Below are positions 28,848-38,118 of a stretch of DNA of 64,000 bases, piece by piece. How positions within the stretch are numbered: the first letter of the stretch is position 1; each line of letters starts with the position of its first letter. The notes beneath the pieces were generated by a model. The model worked only from the letters and a program-made list of their open reading frames with translations, made no database searches and had not been told where the DNA came from. The stretch is taken from the NCBI GenBank assembly GCA_965203355.1, contig OZ241889.1, forward strand, positions 736,001 to 800,000. Direction: 5' to 3'. Source of the DNA: Candidatus Latescibacterota bacterium (lineage in GTDB: Bacteria; Latescibacterota; UBA2968; UBA8231). Made by a program: the position numbers and the translations under genes.

Positions 28848-29627
28848 TTAGGCCGACCGGCCCATGAGGTAGTTCCAGTTCTGGCGGCGGATGGCGCGCT
28901 CCTTGTAGTGGTCGCTCTGGGAGACGCCTAGCGGATTGGTGAAGTTGAGGATGTTGGTCGCGTCCTCGGCGCGTTCGCGCTCGTTCCAGTCGGCGGGCTT
29001 GTTGGCCGCCTCGGGGTCGTGGTTCCAAGTGGGTGCGGTATTGTCCTGCGTGCGGCGGAAGAGGAACTTGATCATGTGGCGCTTGCGCGGCGAGCGGTTG
29101 GCGGCCGTGCCGTGCCAGAGGTCGTAGTGCGTGAAGGCTACGGTCCCGGCCTTGACCACGAGCGGCATTTGGCCGCGGATGTTGGTGTACGTGGCCATGC
29201 GGTCCGTCGGCGCGTTGCGGAATTGGGTGCCGGGGACGATGATCGTCGGCCCCATGTCGGGCGTGACGTCGGTTGGATAATACAGCCCTAGGAAGCGGTT
29301 GAGCAATACGTCGCGGTTGTTGAGGCCGTCTTGGTGCCAGTTCATGTGCGGGGAGTTCGGCTGCTTGCAGTGCCAGTGGCGATGCGGCTGCACTTCGTAA
29401 TCTGGACCGAGCAGGCTGACGAGTGCGCCTTTGACGGCCGGGTGATTGATCACTTGCCAGAGTTGGGGCACCGCTTGGGTGATGGCGTCGCCCGGGTTGT
29501 AGTCGAGTGCGTTGAGCTGGGCCGCGATGGAATCGTTGATCCCAGCGGGCCATTCCGGCTCGACGATGTGGTAGCCGGTGACGAGGAAACGGGCCACTTC
29601 GGCGTCGCTGAGCAGATGCTCATTCAT
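28848..29627 (-). CDS. PhyH-family Fe(II)/2-oxoglutarate dioxygenase
   Basis: FLVTGY, HRHWH, WHQD, YYPTDVT.DMGPT, WHG, RHMIKF. Confidence 0.9.
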   Translation of the reverse strand: MNEHLLSDAEVARFLVTGYHIVEPEWPAGINDSIAAQLNALDYNPGDAITQAVPQLWQVINHPAVKGALVSLLGPDYEVQPHRHWHCKQPNSPHMNWHQDGLNNRDVLLNRFLGLYYPTDVTPDMGPTIIVPGTQFRNAPTDRMATYTNIRGQMPLVVKAGTVAFTHYDLWHGTAANRSPRKRHMIKFLFRRTQDNTAPTWNHDPEAANKPADWNERERAEDATNILNFTNPLGVSQSDHYKERAIRRQNWNYLMGRSA

Positions 29628-29901
29628 CGGCGATAACCTCCATTTTCTGTAGGATGAATTCATAGCCTATCACGTCCAACTCCCTGTCGTCGAACGGGGC
29701 CTGTAGGTGGGGGAATTGGACGATTTGCCAGCCATCTACTACGGCGTCGTGTACGGTTTTGTAGGGCCAAGCAGGGTCTTCGGCGCGGATCTCGGGCACA
29801 AAGCCCGCAACTGGCTCGATGAGCGTTAGGCCGATGATACTGGACATGACGCTGGGGGTGCGCGCCTGTAGGTAGAGCAGGCGTTGGCGGGGTGCGTCCA
29901 T
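29620..29901 (-). CDS. Small hypothetical protein (93 aa) overlapping the start of the PhyH gene
   Basis: RBS AGGAG; MDAPRQRLLYL...PYKTVHDAVVDGWQIVQFP...YEFILQK; 8-bp overlap with the next gene. Confidence 0.7.
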   Translation of the reverse strand: MDAPRQRLLYLQARTPSVMSSIIGLTLIEPVAGFVPEIRAEDPAWPYKTVHDAVVDGWQIVQFPHLQAPFDDRELDVIGYEFILQKMEVIADE

Positions 29902-30053
29902 TGGGATTGAATCACTCCTGTCGTGCGGGTTGTACCGTGCGGTGCTTAATATAGAACGCCCGTGCGCCGCAGCCAATGACGCCCCTTGATAACAGTTACC
30001 CTCTTCCTTAGCTTGCCCTGCCGCGCGGAATTCCACTCAAGGAGAACAAAAAG

Positions 30054-31025
30054 ATGCAGTACAAAATTCTGGGTCGCACGGGCGTCAAAGTGTCTTCCCT
30101 GTGCTGCGGTACTATGGCCTTTGGCGGCGATGCAGACGAGGCGACCTCCGGGCAGATGTATCGCTACTGCCGCGAATTGGGGATCAACTTCTTCGACGCG
30201 GCCAATGTCTATTCCAACGGGCGTTCCGAGGCGATCTTGGGCCGGTTGATCCAAGGCGAGCGCGACGAGTTGATAATCACCTCAAAAGTCTGCGGTGCCA
30301 TGGGCGATGGCCCCAACGACCGAGGCTTGTCGCGGCGGCATATTGTGCAGGCCGTAGAGGCCAGTCTCAGGCGGTTGCAGACGGATCGCCTCGACCTGTA
30401 CTTCGTCCACAACTTCGACGAAGATACGCCGATGGAAGAGACCCTCGCCGCGCTCGACGATTTGGTGCGCGGTGGCAAAATCCTCTACCCAGCCGTGAGC
30501 AACTGGGCTGCTTGGCAGATTGCCAAGGCCCTCGGCCATTGCGCTCGCGAAGGGCTGGCGCAGTTTGTGTGCATCCAGCCCATGTACAGCTTGGCCAAGC
30601 GACAAGTAGAGGTAGAAATTCTGCCATTGGCTCGCTCGGAGGGCTTGGGCGTGATCGCTTATAGTCCCTTAGGCGGCGGCTTGCTGACCGGCAAGTACGG
30701 GATCGACAAGCGGCCCGAGCGGGGTCGTCTCTTGCAGCAGGGCAACTACATCAAGCGCTACGCCAATCCCGTGTTCTACGAAGTCGCCGAGCGCTTTGTG
30801 CGCTATGCTGGCGACCAAGGCGTGCATCCGGTGACCTTGGCTGTCGCTTGGGTCATGGGTCACCCAGATGTGACCGCGCCGATCATCGGCGGTCGCAACC
30901 TAGACCAGCTCAAGCCATCGCTGGCCGCGCTCGACTTTGCCATGTCGGCCGCGATGCGCGATGAGGTGTCGGTGCTGTCGATCGCGCCGCCGCCAGCCAC
31001 TGACCGCGACGAGGAACTGTTTTAG
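30054..31025 (+). CDS. Aldo/keto reductase
   Basis: LGRTGVKVS..CGTM, DAANVY, SK, SLRRLQTDRLDLYFVH, YSPLGGGLLTGKY. Confidence 0.96.
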   Translation: MQYKILGRTGVKVSSLCCGTMAFGGDADEATSGQMYRYCRELGINFFDAANVYSNGRSEAILGRLIQGERDELIITSKVCGAMGDGPNDRGLSRRHIVQAVEASLRRLQTDRLDLYFVHNFDEDTPMEETLAALDDLVRGGKILYPAVSNWAAWQIAKALGHCAREGLAQFVCIQPMYSLAKRQVEVEILPLARSEGLGVIAYSPLGGGLLTGKYGIDKRPERGRLLQQGNYIKRYANPVFYEVAERFVRYAGDQGVHPVTLAVAWVMGHPDVTAPIIGGRNLDQLKPSLAALDFAMSAAMRDEVSVLSIAPPPATDRDEELF

Positions 31026-31037
31026 AGGAGAAAAACC

Positions 31038-31826
31038 ATGAGACCCAACAAGCTGCGCGAAAAACTCAACGCTGGCGCGCCCACGCTCGCCACCCACATC
31101 CACACCACTTGGCCTTCGGTCGTCGAAGCCTTGGGGCATACGGGCGCGTATGACTATGTGGAATTTGTCGCCGAGTACGCTCCCTTTGACCTGTACGACT
31201 TGGACAACCTCGCCCGCGCCGCCGAGCTATGGGATTTGGGAACGATGATCAAGGTCGATGCCGAAAACCGTGCTTACGTGGCCCAACGGGCCATAGGTTC
31301 GGGTTTTGGCAGCGTACTCTTTGCCGATGTGCGCGACCCGGACGACGCCCGGGCCTGCATACGCTGTGTGCGCGCCGACGCGCCCGGGGACGAAGGCACC
31401 TACGGGGTGGCGATGCGGCGCTTCGCCTATATGGGTTATGGCGGTACGCCGGAATACGTCCAAGCACTGCGCGACGTGGTCGTGGTTTTGATGATCGAAA
31501 AGCAAAGTGCGGTCGCTGACTTGGAGGCCATGCTCGCGGTAGAAGGAGTCGATATGATCCAGTGGGGAGGGGCCGATTATTCCATGAGCGTCGGCAAGGC
31601 CGGCCAGCGCGGCGCACCGGAAATTGCCGCTGCCGAAGAAAAGGTCTTTAAGACGGCCTTGGAGATGGGTGTCCATCCGCGCGCCGAGATCAACACAGCC
31701 GACGACGCCAAGCGCTTTCTCGACATGGGGGTGCGGCACTTCTGTGTGGGCACGGATATAGCGGTGCTGTACGGATATTGGCGCGATCAGGGGGAGGCCA
31801 TGCGGCGGGCGTTGGCGGGTGAGTAG
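31038..31826 (+). CDS. HpcH/HpaI aldolase-family protein
   Basis: DYVEFVAEY, LMIEK, VEGVDMIQWGGADYSMS, VGTD. Confidence 0.88.
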   Translation: MRPNKLREKLNAGAPTLATHIHTTWPSVVEALGHTGAYDYVEFVAEYAPFDLYDLDNLARAAELWDLGTMIKVDAENRAYVAQRAIGSGFGSVLFADVRDPDDARACIRCVRADAPGDEGTYGVAMRRFAYMGYGGTPEYVQALRDVVVVLMIEKQSAVADLEAMLAVEGVDMIQWGGADYSMSVGKAGQRGAPEIAAAEEKVFKTALEMGVHPRAEINTADDAKRFLDMGVRHFCVGTDIAVLYGYWRDQGEAMRRALAGE

Positions 31827-31879
31827 GGGATGGGTCGATCGCCCTAGTAAGTGACACCGCTCAAACAAGGATATTATTT

Positions 31880-34000
31880 ATGAATAGTCTAATCTCAAGA
31901 GTCTCAAGAGTTTTCAAAAGAAAGCCCGAGTTGCAGAAAGCCCTTGATAAATGCCAGCGATCAGCCGGCGAAGGATACCAGATTGCAAAGGACAACCTCG
32001 ACGGAATCAAGGTCGCTATAGGCGGGGTTTCGGAGGACTTGAAACAACATCTGACAAGTCTGAACGATGGAAAGATCCAAACGACAGACATTGAAAGTCA
32101 GACTCAAAAACAGCTACAACAAGTGGTATCGGAATTTTATTCGCTACACGAAGAACAGGTGCGCCGAGTAAAAGAGAATCATGCACGGTTGGACAAATTC
32201 TCTATTGCCCTCTTTGGTCGAACAATGAGTGGTAAGTCGACGTTGATGGAGATCTTAACTAACGGCGACGGGTCGTCCATCGGCAAGGGCGGCCAGCGCA
32301 CGACCCGAGACGTGCGTAGCTATGATTGGAAAGGACTCAAAATTATCGATGTGCCCGGTATAGCTGCATTTGAGGGCCGTGAGGACGAAGAAAAGGCATT
32401 CGAGGCCGCCGCTCAATCGGACTTAGTGCTTTTTCTCATTACTGACGATGCTCCACAGAACGAAGAAGCAGAGTGCTTCGCACGTGTTCGGGCACTCGGG
32501 AAACCGATTTTGGGTATCTGCAACGTTAAAGACGCTCTCAACAATGCGGACGATATGCACCTTTTTTTAAGAAGGAATTGGTTCAACCGCAGACGAAAGG
32601 CTCTCGATGCTATCGTCCGGCAATTCCACGAATTCGCGGAGAAATATAGTCCAGGTAGCCGAATACAGTTCGTTTATACCCATTTGCAGTCAAAATTCCT
32701 ATCTCAACAGCCCGATTATGAACCGCAGCAGAGCAAGTTGGAGGACGTGAGCCGCTTCAACAACGTCGAAAAGCAGATTATTTCGGAAGTGGTCGCCCGT
32801 GGAACATTTCTACGTTGGAAGAGCTTCATTGATGGTGCTGTCGTTCCAATGCTTGAGTTTAGCGAAAAATTGCTGGACTTTAGTGCTCAGCACTCGTCCA
32901 GTGGCAGAGTTCTCATAGACAAGCAACGTCAAGTCAAGTCGTGGTCTGATGGATTTCGCAAAAGTGGACAAGAACGCATTGATACATTTATTAAAAAAGA
33001 AATGAACGCGCTGTGTGCTAAAATTCCGGGATTCGCGGAAGATAACTACGAGGCCCATGATGCTGGCGACAGCTGGAAACTATTAGTCGAAAATCAAAGC
33101 ATAGAGTCAAAGGCAGAGGAACTTGTCGAGCAAATTCAGAGTGAATGTGAAGACGAACTGTCGGAAATCGCACGGCAACTAAAATCCGAACTGAATTTTG
33201 TCGATAAATTTGCTGGTGACCGCAGGATTAGCATGGATTCTATATTTGATGCAAAACGCGCTTGGAATTGGACGACCTGTATTATTTCTGGTGGACTTAG
33301 AATTGCTGCTTTTTTTTCCAGTGGTCCTCTTGGATGGGCTTCGGTGGCAATTATTATTACAGGAAAGGTCCTTTCTTGGTTCTTTGAAGACCGAGAAGAA
33401 AAGGCGAGGAAACAACGCAAAAAGCTCGAAAAAAGGCTTAAACGTGATGTCAGCAAGATAGAACTTAAACTACGAAAGGAACTTGACGCCCAATTCCATC
33501 TTCTCAAAAAGCAAGTTTATGTTAGCCTCCGGGGCTTTGATCCGATCATATCGAGCACTTTAGAACTGGCAGATAAACAGAGGGACTTGGCTTGGAGGAT
33601 CAACAAGCAGCAGAAAGAACTGCACCGTATTTTGCTTAATAGAGCACTTGATGAGTTTGGACGTAGAAGTAGTGATAATCTCATATTGGACGTAGCGCGA
33701 GTGCCTGGACTGGCAACTATGCTTTTGATAGAGCCTAAAACTACATTTTCAGAGGACGTGCGTAGGGGGCTGAAGAAGATTCTTGGAGAAAATGTTTGGT
33801 TCGTAGTCAATACTCGCAAGAGATCAATTCTATCGCAAGCCATTGGACGCGATTGTGATCCGAGTAAGGTTAGTATTGAATCAAGAATTCAAGTCGCACA
33901 TGTGCCGGTGGGACAACTCGACGCGGTTGGCATCTCTCGGGTCAAGTTAGCACAGCAGTTGACCGAATTACATGTGATGGAATCAACAGGAAGGAATTAA
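31880..34000 (+). CDS. Bacterial dynamin-like GTPase (Leo/Eleos-like) with putative C-terminal NusA-like KH region
   Basis: G1 GRTMSGKST, G2 TT, G3 DVPG, G4 NVKD; helical stalk; hydrophobic hairpin GPLGWASVAIII; lower GC. Confidence 0.8.
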   Translation: MNSLISRVSRVFKRKPELQKALDKCQRSAGEGYQIAKDNLDGIKVAIGGVSEDLKQHLTSLNDGKIQTTDIESQTQKQLQQVVSEFYSLHEEQVRRVKENHARLDKFSIALFGRTMSGKSTLMEILTNGDGSSIGKGGQRTTRDVRSYDWKGLKIIDVPGIAAFEGREDEEKAFEAAAQSDLVLFLITDDAPQNEEAECFARVRALGKPILGICNVKDALNNADDMHLFLRRNWFNRRRKALDAIVRQFHEFAEKYSPGSRIQFVYTHLQSKFLSQQPDYEPQQSKLEDVSRFNNVEKQIISEVVARGTFLRWKSFIDGAVVPMLEFSEKLLDFSAQHSSSGRVLIDKQRQVKSWSDGFRKSGQERIDTFIKKEMNALCAKIPGFAEDNYEAHDAGDSWKLLVENQSIESKAEELVEQIQSECEDELSEIARQLKSELNFVDKFAGDRRISMDSIFDAKRAWNWTTCIISGGLRIAAFFSSGPLGWASVAIIITGKVLSWFFEDREEKARKQRKKLEKRLKRDVSKIELKLRKELDAQFHLLKKQVYVSLRGFDPIISSTLELADKQRDLAWRINKQQKELHRILLNRALDEFGRRSSDNLILDVARVPGLATMLLIEPKTTFSEDVRRGLKKILGENVWFVVNTRKRSILSQAIGRDCDPSKVSIESRIQVAHVPVGQLDAVGISRVKLAQQLTELHVMESTGRN

Positions 34001-34003
34001 CCA

Positions 34004-35734
34004 TTGAAAACGCTAGAACTTCAACAGTGGACAAAAAAAGGACAGACTCTGCTCAAAAATGCAGAAAGGGTTCTCAAAGATGCGCCTTTTGACAAGGTGC
34101 GAGATCTTGTACGAAGGATTCCGAGAGAAATAGCACCTGATGATGAATCTGTACAGGTAGTTTTTGCCGGTCAATACAGTGCTGGCAAGTCTTCGATTCT
34201 CAAGGTGATGACGGAAAGAGAAGACATAGCTATTGGGGCTGGTATCACGACTCAACAAGTGCAACAGCTCGACTGGAACGGTATCAAGGTAATAGATACG
34301 CCTGGTGTCCATACGGAGATACGCCCCGACCACGACGCAATAACGTACGAGGCGATCAGTAAAGCGGATCTTTTGGTCTTTGTCGTTACTAACGAGTTAT
34401 TTGACGCCCACATCGCAGAGCATTTCAGAAAACTCGCCATTGAACGGGAAAAAGCCCACGAAATGCTGTTGGTCGTCAACAAGATGCAGCGCCATGCCCA
34501 AGGAAATACAACAGCCGCTCAGGATGTGATACGGGAAGACCTCCGAAAAGTTCTCGTGCCGTTTACCCCGGAACAGCTTCGCCTGTCTTTTGTGGATGCT
34601 GAGGCTGCGCTTGAGGCTCGTGCAGAGCAGGACGAAGAGTTTAGCAGGATACTCCTTAAAAGAAGTGGCTTTGACGACTTCTTCAACAGTTTCAATACGT
34701 TCGTGAAAGAAAAGGGATTAGCTGCACGTTATACAACATCGCTCTATACGCTTGAACAGGTGCTACAAGAGGCCCTCGCAGCCGAATCGAGCGATGATGT
34801 CGGTGTAGATGCTTTACAAGAATTACTTATCCAGCAAAGACGTGTATTAGTGAATGGTAAGGCGCGGCTTTCACAGGCAGCGGAAAGCCAGATCCAACAG
34901 ACGATAAACAAAATTCAAGAGGAAGGACGCCAGGCTGCCAACCTAATTCGTGGAGATGCTGACACCGAGGCTGTTAATCAGAAACTAACGGTCGCCCAAG
35001 AGTACGTTGAAAAACAGGCGGATGAGCTGTCGGGTCTCATTCAAGATACGATGAAAGAGAATTTCGGCGATCTCGCTAAGCTGGTGGGGCAAATCGCGGA
35101 GAGCGAATTGGCCAAAGAGTTGCTGTCGAGGCTTAGAGAAAGAGTCCAGGATCTCGATATTGATCCAGAGATGTCGTCTAACATGAAACAAGTTGGAGAT
35201 GTAACCCGCCGACTTGGGGAGTTCCTCGTAGAAAAATCGTTTACCCCTACAACCTCGACCCTCTCCGGTCTGTTCAAACTTAACCAGTATTCGGGTACGG
35301 TAACTCATAGCACAGTTAAATCCATTGGTCACTTCTTTGGGAAATCTTTTAAGCCATGGGAGGCGGTAAAATGGACGCGTACAATCGCAAACGCTAGTCG
35401 GGTTTTGGCCGTAGCAGGGGCTGTTTTGAACATTGCGTTTCAATTCAAAGAAGACGCCGATGCTGCCAAGCGGGAGCAGGAATTGCGTGAAGGCCGAGTA
35501 GCTGTGCGTGCGGGATTTGATGAAGCTGCCCACGCAGTTGAACTCCATTACGATAAATTGACTGACACTTATGTAGATCAAACCATCGGCAAGCGCATTG
35601 CAGAGATAGATGAGGAACTTGAAGAACTCAGAAACATGCAGGAATCTCGCAGCGATCTCTTCCAAGAACTCAATGGTTTGTTAAAGGATACTAGGGGACT
35701 TATTTCGGAGATGCACTCAGCGCAACCGAGTTAA
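34004..35734 (+). CDS. Second bacterial dynamin-like GTPase
   Basis: G1 GQYSAGKSS, ITT, DTPG, NKMQ; long coiled coils; hydrophobic VLAVAGAVLNIAF; starts 3 bp after its partner. Confidence 0.82.
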   Translation: MKTLELQQWTKKGQTLLKNAERVLKDAPFDKVRDLVRRIPREIAPDDESVQVVFAGQYSAGKSSILKVMTEREDIAIGAGITTQQVQQLDWNGIKVIDTPGVHTEIRPDHDAITYEAISKADLLVFVVTNELFDAHIAEHFRKLAIEREKAHEMLLVVNKMQRHAQGNTTAAQDVIREDLRKVLVPFTPEQLRLSFVDAEAALEARAEQDEEFSRILLKRSGFDDFFNSFNTFVKEKGLAARYTTSLYTLEQVLQEALAAESSDDVGVDALQELLIQQRRVLVNGKARLSQAAESQIQQTINKIQEEGRQAANLIRGDADTEAVNQKLTVAQEYVEKQADELSGLIQDTMKENFGDLAKLVGQIAESELAKELLSRLRERVQDLDIDPEMSSNMKQVGDVTRRLGEFLVEKSFTPTTSTLSGLFKLNQYSGTVTHSTVKSIGHFFGKSFKPWEAVKWTRTIANASRVLAVAGAVLNIAFQFKEDADAAKREQELREGRVAVRAGFDEAAHAVELHYDKLTDTYVDQTIGKRIAEIDEELEELRNMQESRSDLFQELNGLLKDTRGLISEMHSAQPS

Positions 35735-35801
35735 TACTGGGGTACAAGCTATCTATAAAAAGGCGTCGGTTGCACATAGACCCTGCGCCCATTGCCCTTT
35801 T

Positions 35802-35840
35802 TTAAATGAGAGGGATGTGCTCATCGACCAAAATTTTCAT
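35802..35840 (-). pseudogene. Truncated DUF5615/PIN-like toxin (12 aa)
   Basis: ATGA overlap with the DUF433 stop; MKILVDEHIPLI* matches the MKxLxDENxP start of this family. Confidence 0.7.
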
Positions 35841-36073
35841 CCCTCACCCGAGAGAACCTCAAGAGGGGCCATTTGCTCTTCAGCGAGTGAGGCTGCATAG
35901 TCGAAGCAAGCGAGGATATCTTCCCACGTTAGAGAAGGATATTCTCGAAGTAGGTCTTCGGTGGTATCTCCGTTGGCGAGCATCCGAAGGATTTGATGCA
36001 CGGGAAGGCGAGTCCCCTTAATGCAAGCCTGGCCGTGATACACTTGAGGATCAATAGTAATTCGGTTTTCCAT
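35837..36073 (-). CDS. DUF433 antitoxin
   Basis: RITIDPQVYHGQACIKGTRLPV..IL..LA.G....LLREYPSLT.EDI.A...YAA. Confidence 0.93.
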   Translation of the reverse strand: MENRITIDPQVYHGQACIKGTRLPVHQILRMLANGDTTEDLLREYPSLTWEDILACFDYAASLAEEQMAPLEVLSGEG

Positions 36074-36097
36074 ACTCTCATTTTCCTCCGGTTATAA

Positions 36098-36880
36098 TCA
36101 TCGCCGCCATACGCTCGTCCGCAGCCCTTCGATACCTTCGGCCAAGGCGCGGCGATAGAGCCACAAGTCGCCGCCATACGCTATGCAGCGAAATCCTCGG
36201 CGCAGCATCTCAGTTCCTTCCTCAATGGTATTGACCAAGTAACCAGCGGCCTTGCCGTGGTGCTCACAGGCATCGACGACGCGGGCGAGGGCGGCGGTGA
36301 ATTCGGGATGGTCAAATTGCCCGGGAATCCCCAAGAAGTTGCTCAGGTCAAACCCCCCTATCCACAGCACATCAATCCCATCTACCGCGGCGATGCGATC
36401 GACGTTTTCGAGCCCGGGGCGATTTTCGATCTGAGCGACTAGCAGGCCCTCGGTGTTGGCGTGCTCTATTTTGCCGATAATGGAACCTTCGGCGAAGTGG
36501 TCGTGGGCAATTTGAAAGGCTGCGCCGCGCTGGCCAATGGGCGGATACTTGCCCGACTGCACGATGACCTCGGCCTGCTGCGCGTCGCTAACCATAGGCA
36601 CCATGATGCCTCGGGCCCCCACGTCGAGGACGCGGGCGATGAAATGGTACTGGGTGGCCGGCACCCGCACAAAAGGCTCGATGTGGTCGGAGTTGGTGGT
36701 GGCGATAAGGTCGCGCACCGTCTCGACGCTCCAGCCGGTGTGCTCCATGTCGTACATAATGAATTCAGCCCCAGCCTCGGCAGAGAGGCGAGCAATACCC
36801 GGAGTGCAAAACTCAAAGGTCATGGTGCCAATGACGGTGCCGCCCTCTTTGAGGGCGCGTTTGACTTTGTTGGGTTTCAT
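36098..36880 (-). CDS. HpcH/HpaI aldolase-family protein
   Basis: DMEH, FVRVP, VLDVGARGIMVPMV, YPPIGQRG, QIE, GIDVLWIG..DLS. Confidence 0.92.
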   Translation of the reverse strand: MKPNKVKRALKEGGTVIGTMTFEFCTPGIARLSAEAGAEFIMYDMEHTGWSVETVRDLIATTNSDHIEPFVRVPATQYHFIARVLDVGARGIMVPMVSDAQQAEVIVQSGKYPPIGQRGAAFQIAHDHFAEGSIIGKIEHANTEGLLVAQIENRPGLENVDRIAAVDGIDVLWIGGFDLSNFLGIPGQFDHPEFTAALARVVDACEHHGKAAGYLVNTIEEGTEMLRRGFRCIAYGGDLWLYRRALAEGIEGLRTSVWRR

Positions 36881-37920
36881 CCGATAGCTCGATAGCGGTT
36901 CAGTTTTTCTTTTAGACGGGGGTGCTCGGCCGCTTGAGGATTGACGAGGTACTGGGGCAAGCGGCCAGAGGCCACTTCGACGAGACTGCGACAGGCACTG
37001 CGGCCATTGAGGCGGAAGCACTCGTCAGTCCAACATAGCCCGTGCGGGGCGACGATAGTCTGGTCGGTAAGTGCCAACACCGGCTCGTCTTGGGGCACAG
37101 GTTCTGTTTCAAAGACGTCGAGGGCGGCACCGGCGATCTGCCCTCGTTGGAGGGCGCGAGTGAGAGCCTGCTGATCGACGATGGTGCCACGGGCCGTGTT
37201 GATGAGATAGGTGCTTTGCTTCATCAGTGCAAGCTCGCGCTCGCCTATGAGGTGATGGGTTTCCTCGGTGAGCGTACAGCAGATGCAGACGTAGTCGGCA
37301 CTTTGCAGCAATTGGTCGAGCTCGACCAGTTCGGCACCAGCAGCGTATGCCTGTGCTGCATCGACAAAAGGGTCGGCGGCAATGCAGCGAATGTCGAAGG
37401 GCTTGGCCAAGGTGCAGATCTCGCGACCGATGTTGCCCAAACCGACTAGTCCCAGCGTGCGGCCGGTGACGCCCATGCCCATGTAATCGAGGCGCTCGTG
37501 CCAGCGGCCCTCGCGCACCAAGCGATCCTTGGCCAGCATTTTGTGGCTGAGGGCCAAGAGGTACGTCAGTGCCATGACCGCTACAGGTCGGCGCACGCCG
37601 TCGGGGGTGATCGTCAAGAGTACGCCCCGCTCGTTGCAAGCTGCCACATCAACGCTGTCGTAACCAACGCCGAAGCGGGCGACGATTGCCAGCTTGTCTG
37701 CTCCCTGCAAGGTCTCGGCACTAACTATCGAAGCGAGAACCAGTAGGCCATCGTAGCCGCCGATCTGGTCGGGGCGTAGTTCGGTGGTGTTTTCCGTTAG
37801 AAACTCCCACTCTACCCTTGGGGATTCGTCGAGCAAGCCGAGACCAATGTCGCCGAAGCCTAGGGTCCCGTCGTCCTTGAGAAAGTCGCGGGTGACGCCA
37901 ATGCGAAAAGTTGTAGTCAT
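36877..37920 (-). CDS. D-isomer-specific 2-hydroxyacid dehydrogenase
   Basis: ARFGVGYD, GLVGLGNIG, INTARG, ALDVFETEP, APH. Confidence 0.93.
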   Translation of the reverse strand: MTTTFRIGVTRDFLKDDGTLGFGDIGLGLLDESPRVEWEFLTENTTELRPDQIGGYDGLLVLASIVSAETLQGADKLAIVARFGVGYDSVDVAACNERGVLLTITPDGVRRPVAVMALTYLLALSHKMLAKDRLVREGRWHERLDYMGMGVTGRTLGLVGLGNIGREICTLAKPFDIRCIAADPFVDAAQAYAAGAELVELDQLLQSADYVCICCTLTEETHHLIGERELALMKQSTYLINTARGTIVDQQALTRALQRGQIAGAALDVFETEPVPQDEPVLALTDQTIVAPHGLCWTDECFRLNGRSACRSLVEVASGRLPQYLVNPQAAEHPRLKEKLNRYRAIG

Positions 37921-38118
37921 GGCGACAAACAAGATAGGGCCTGACGGGCAGCTATCAAGGGGAGAGGTGGCTGTATAGGATCGGGATCACATTGTCTGCG
38001 ATTAGATACAGAAAAGTGGCTGCACAACGGAAATCTCGCCTATAAAAAAAGGTGGTTCGCATTTTGCTTATCTGCTCCTGTGGCTTACTTTTCACCTTAA
38101 CCAAGGAGCAATACTGAG

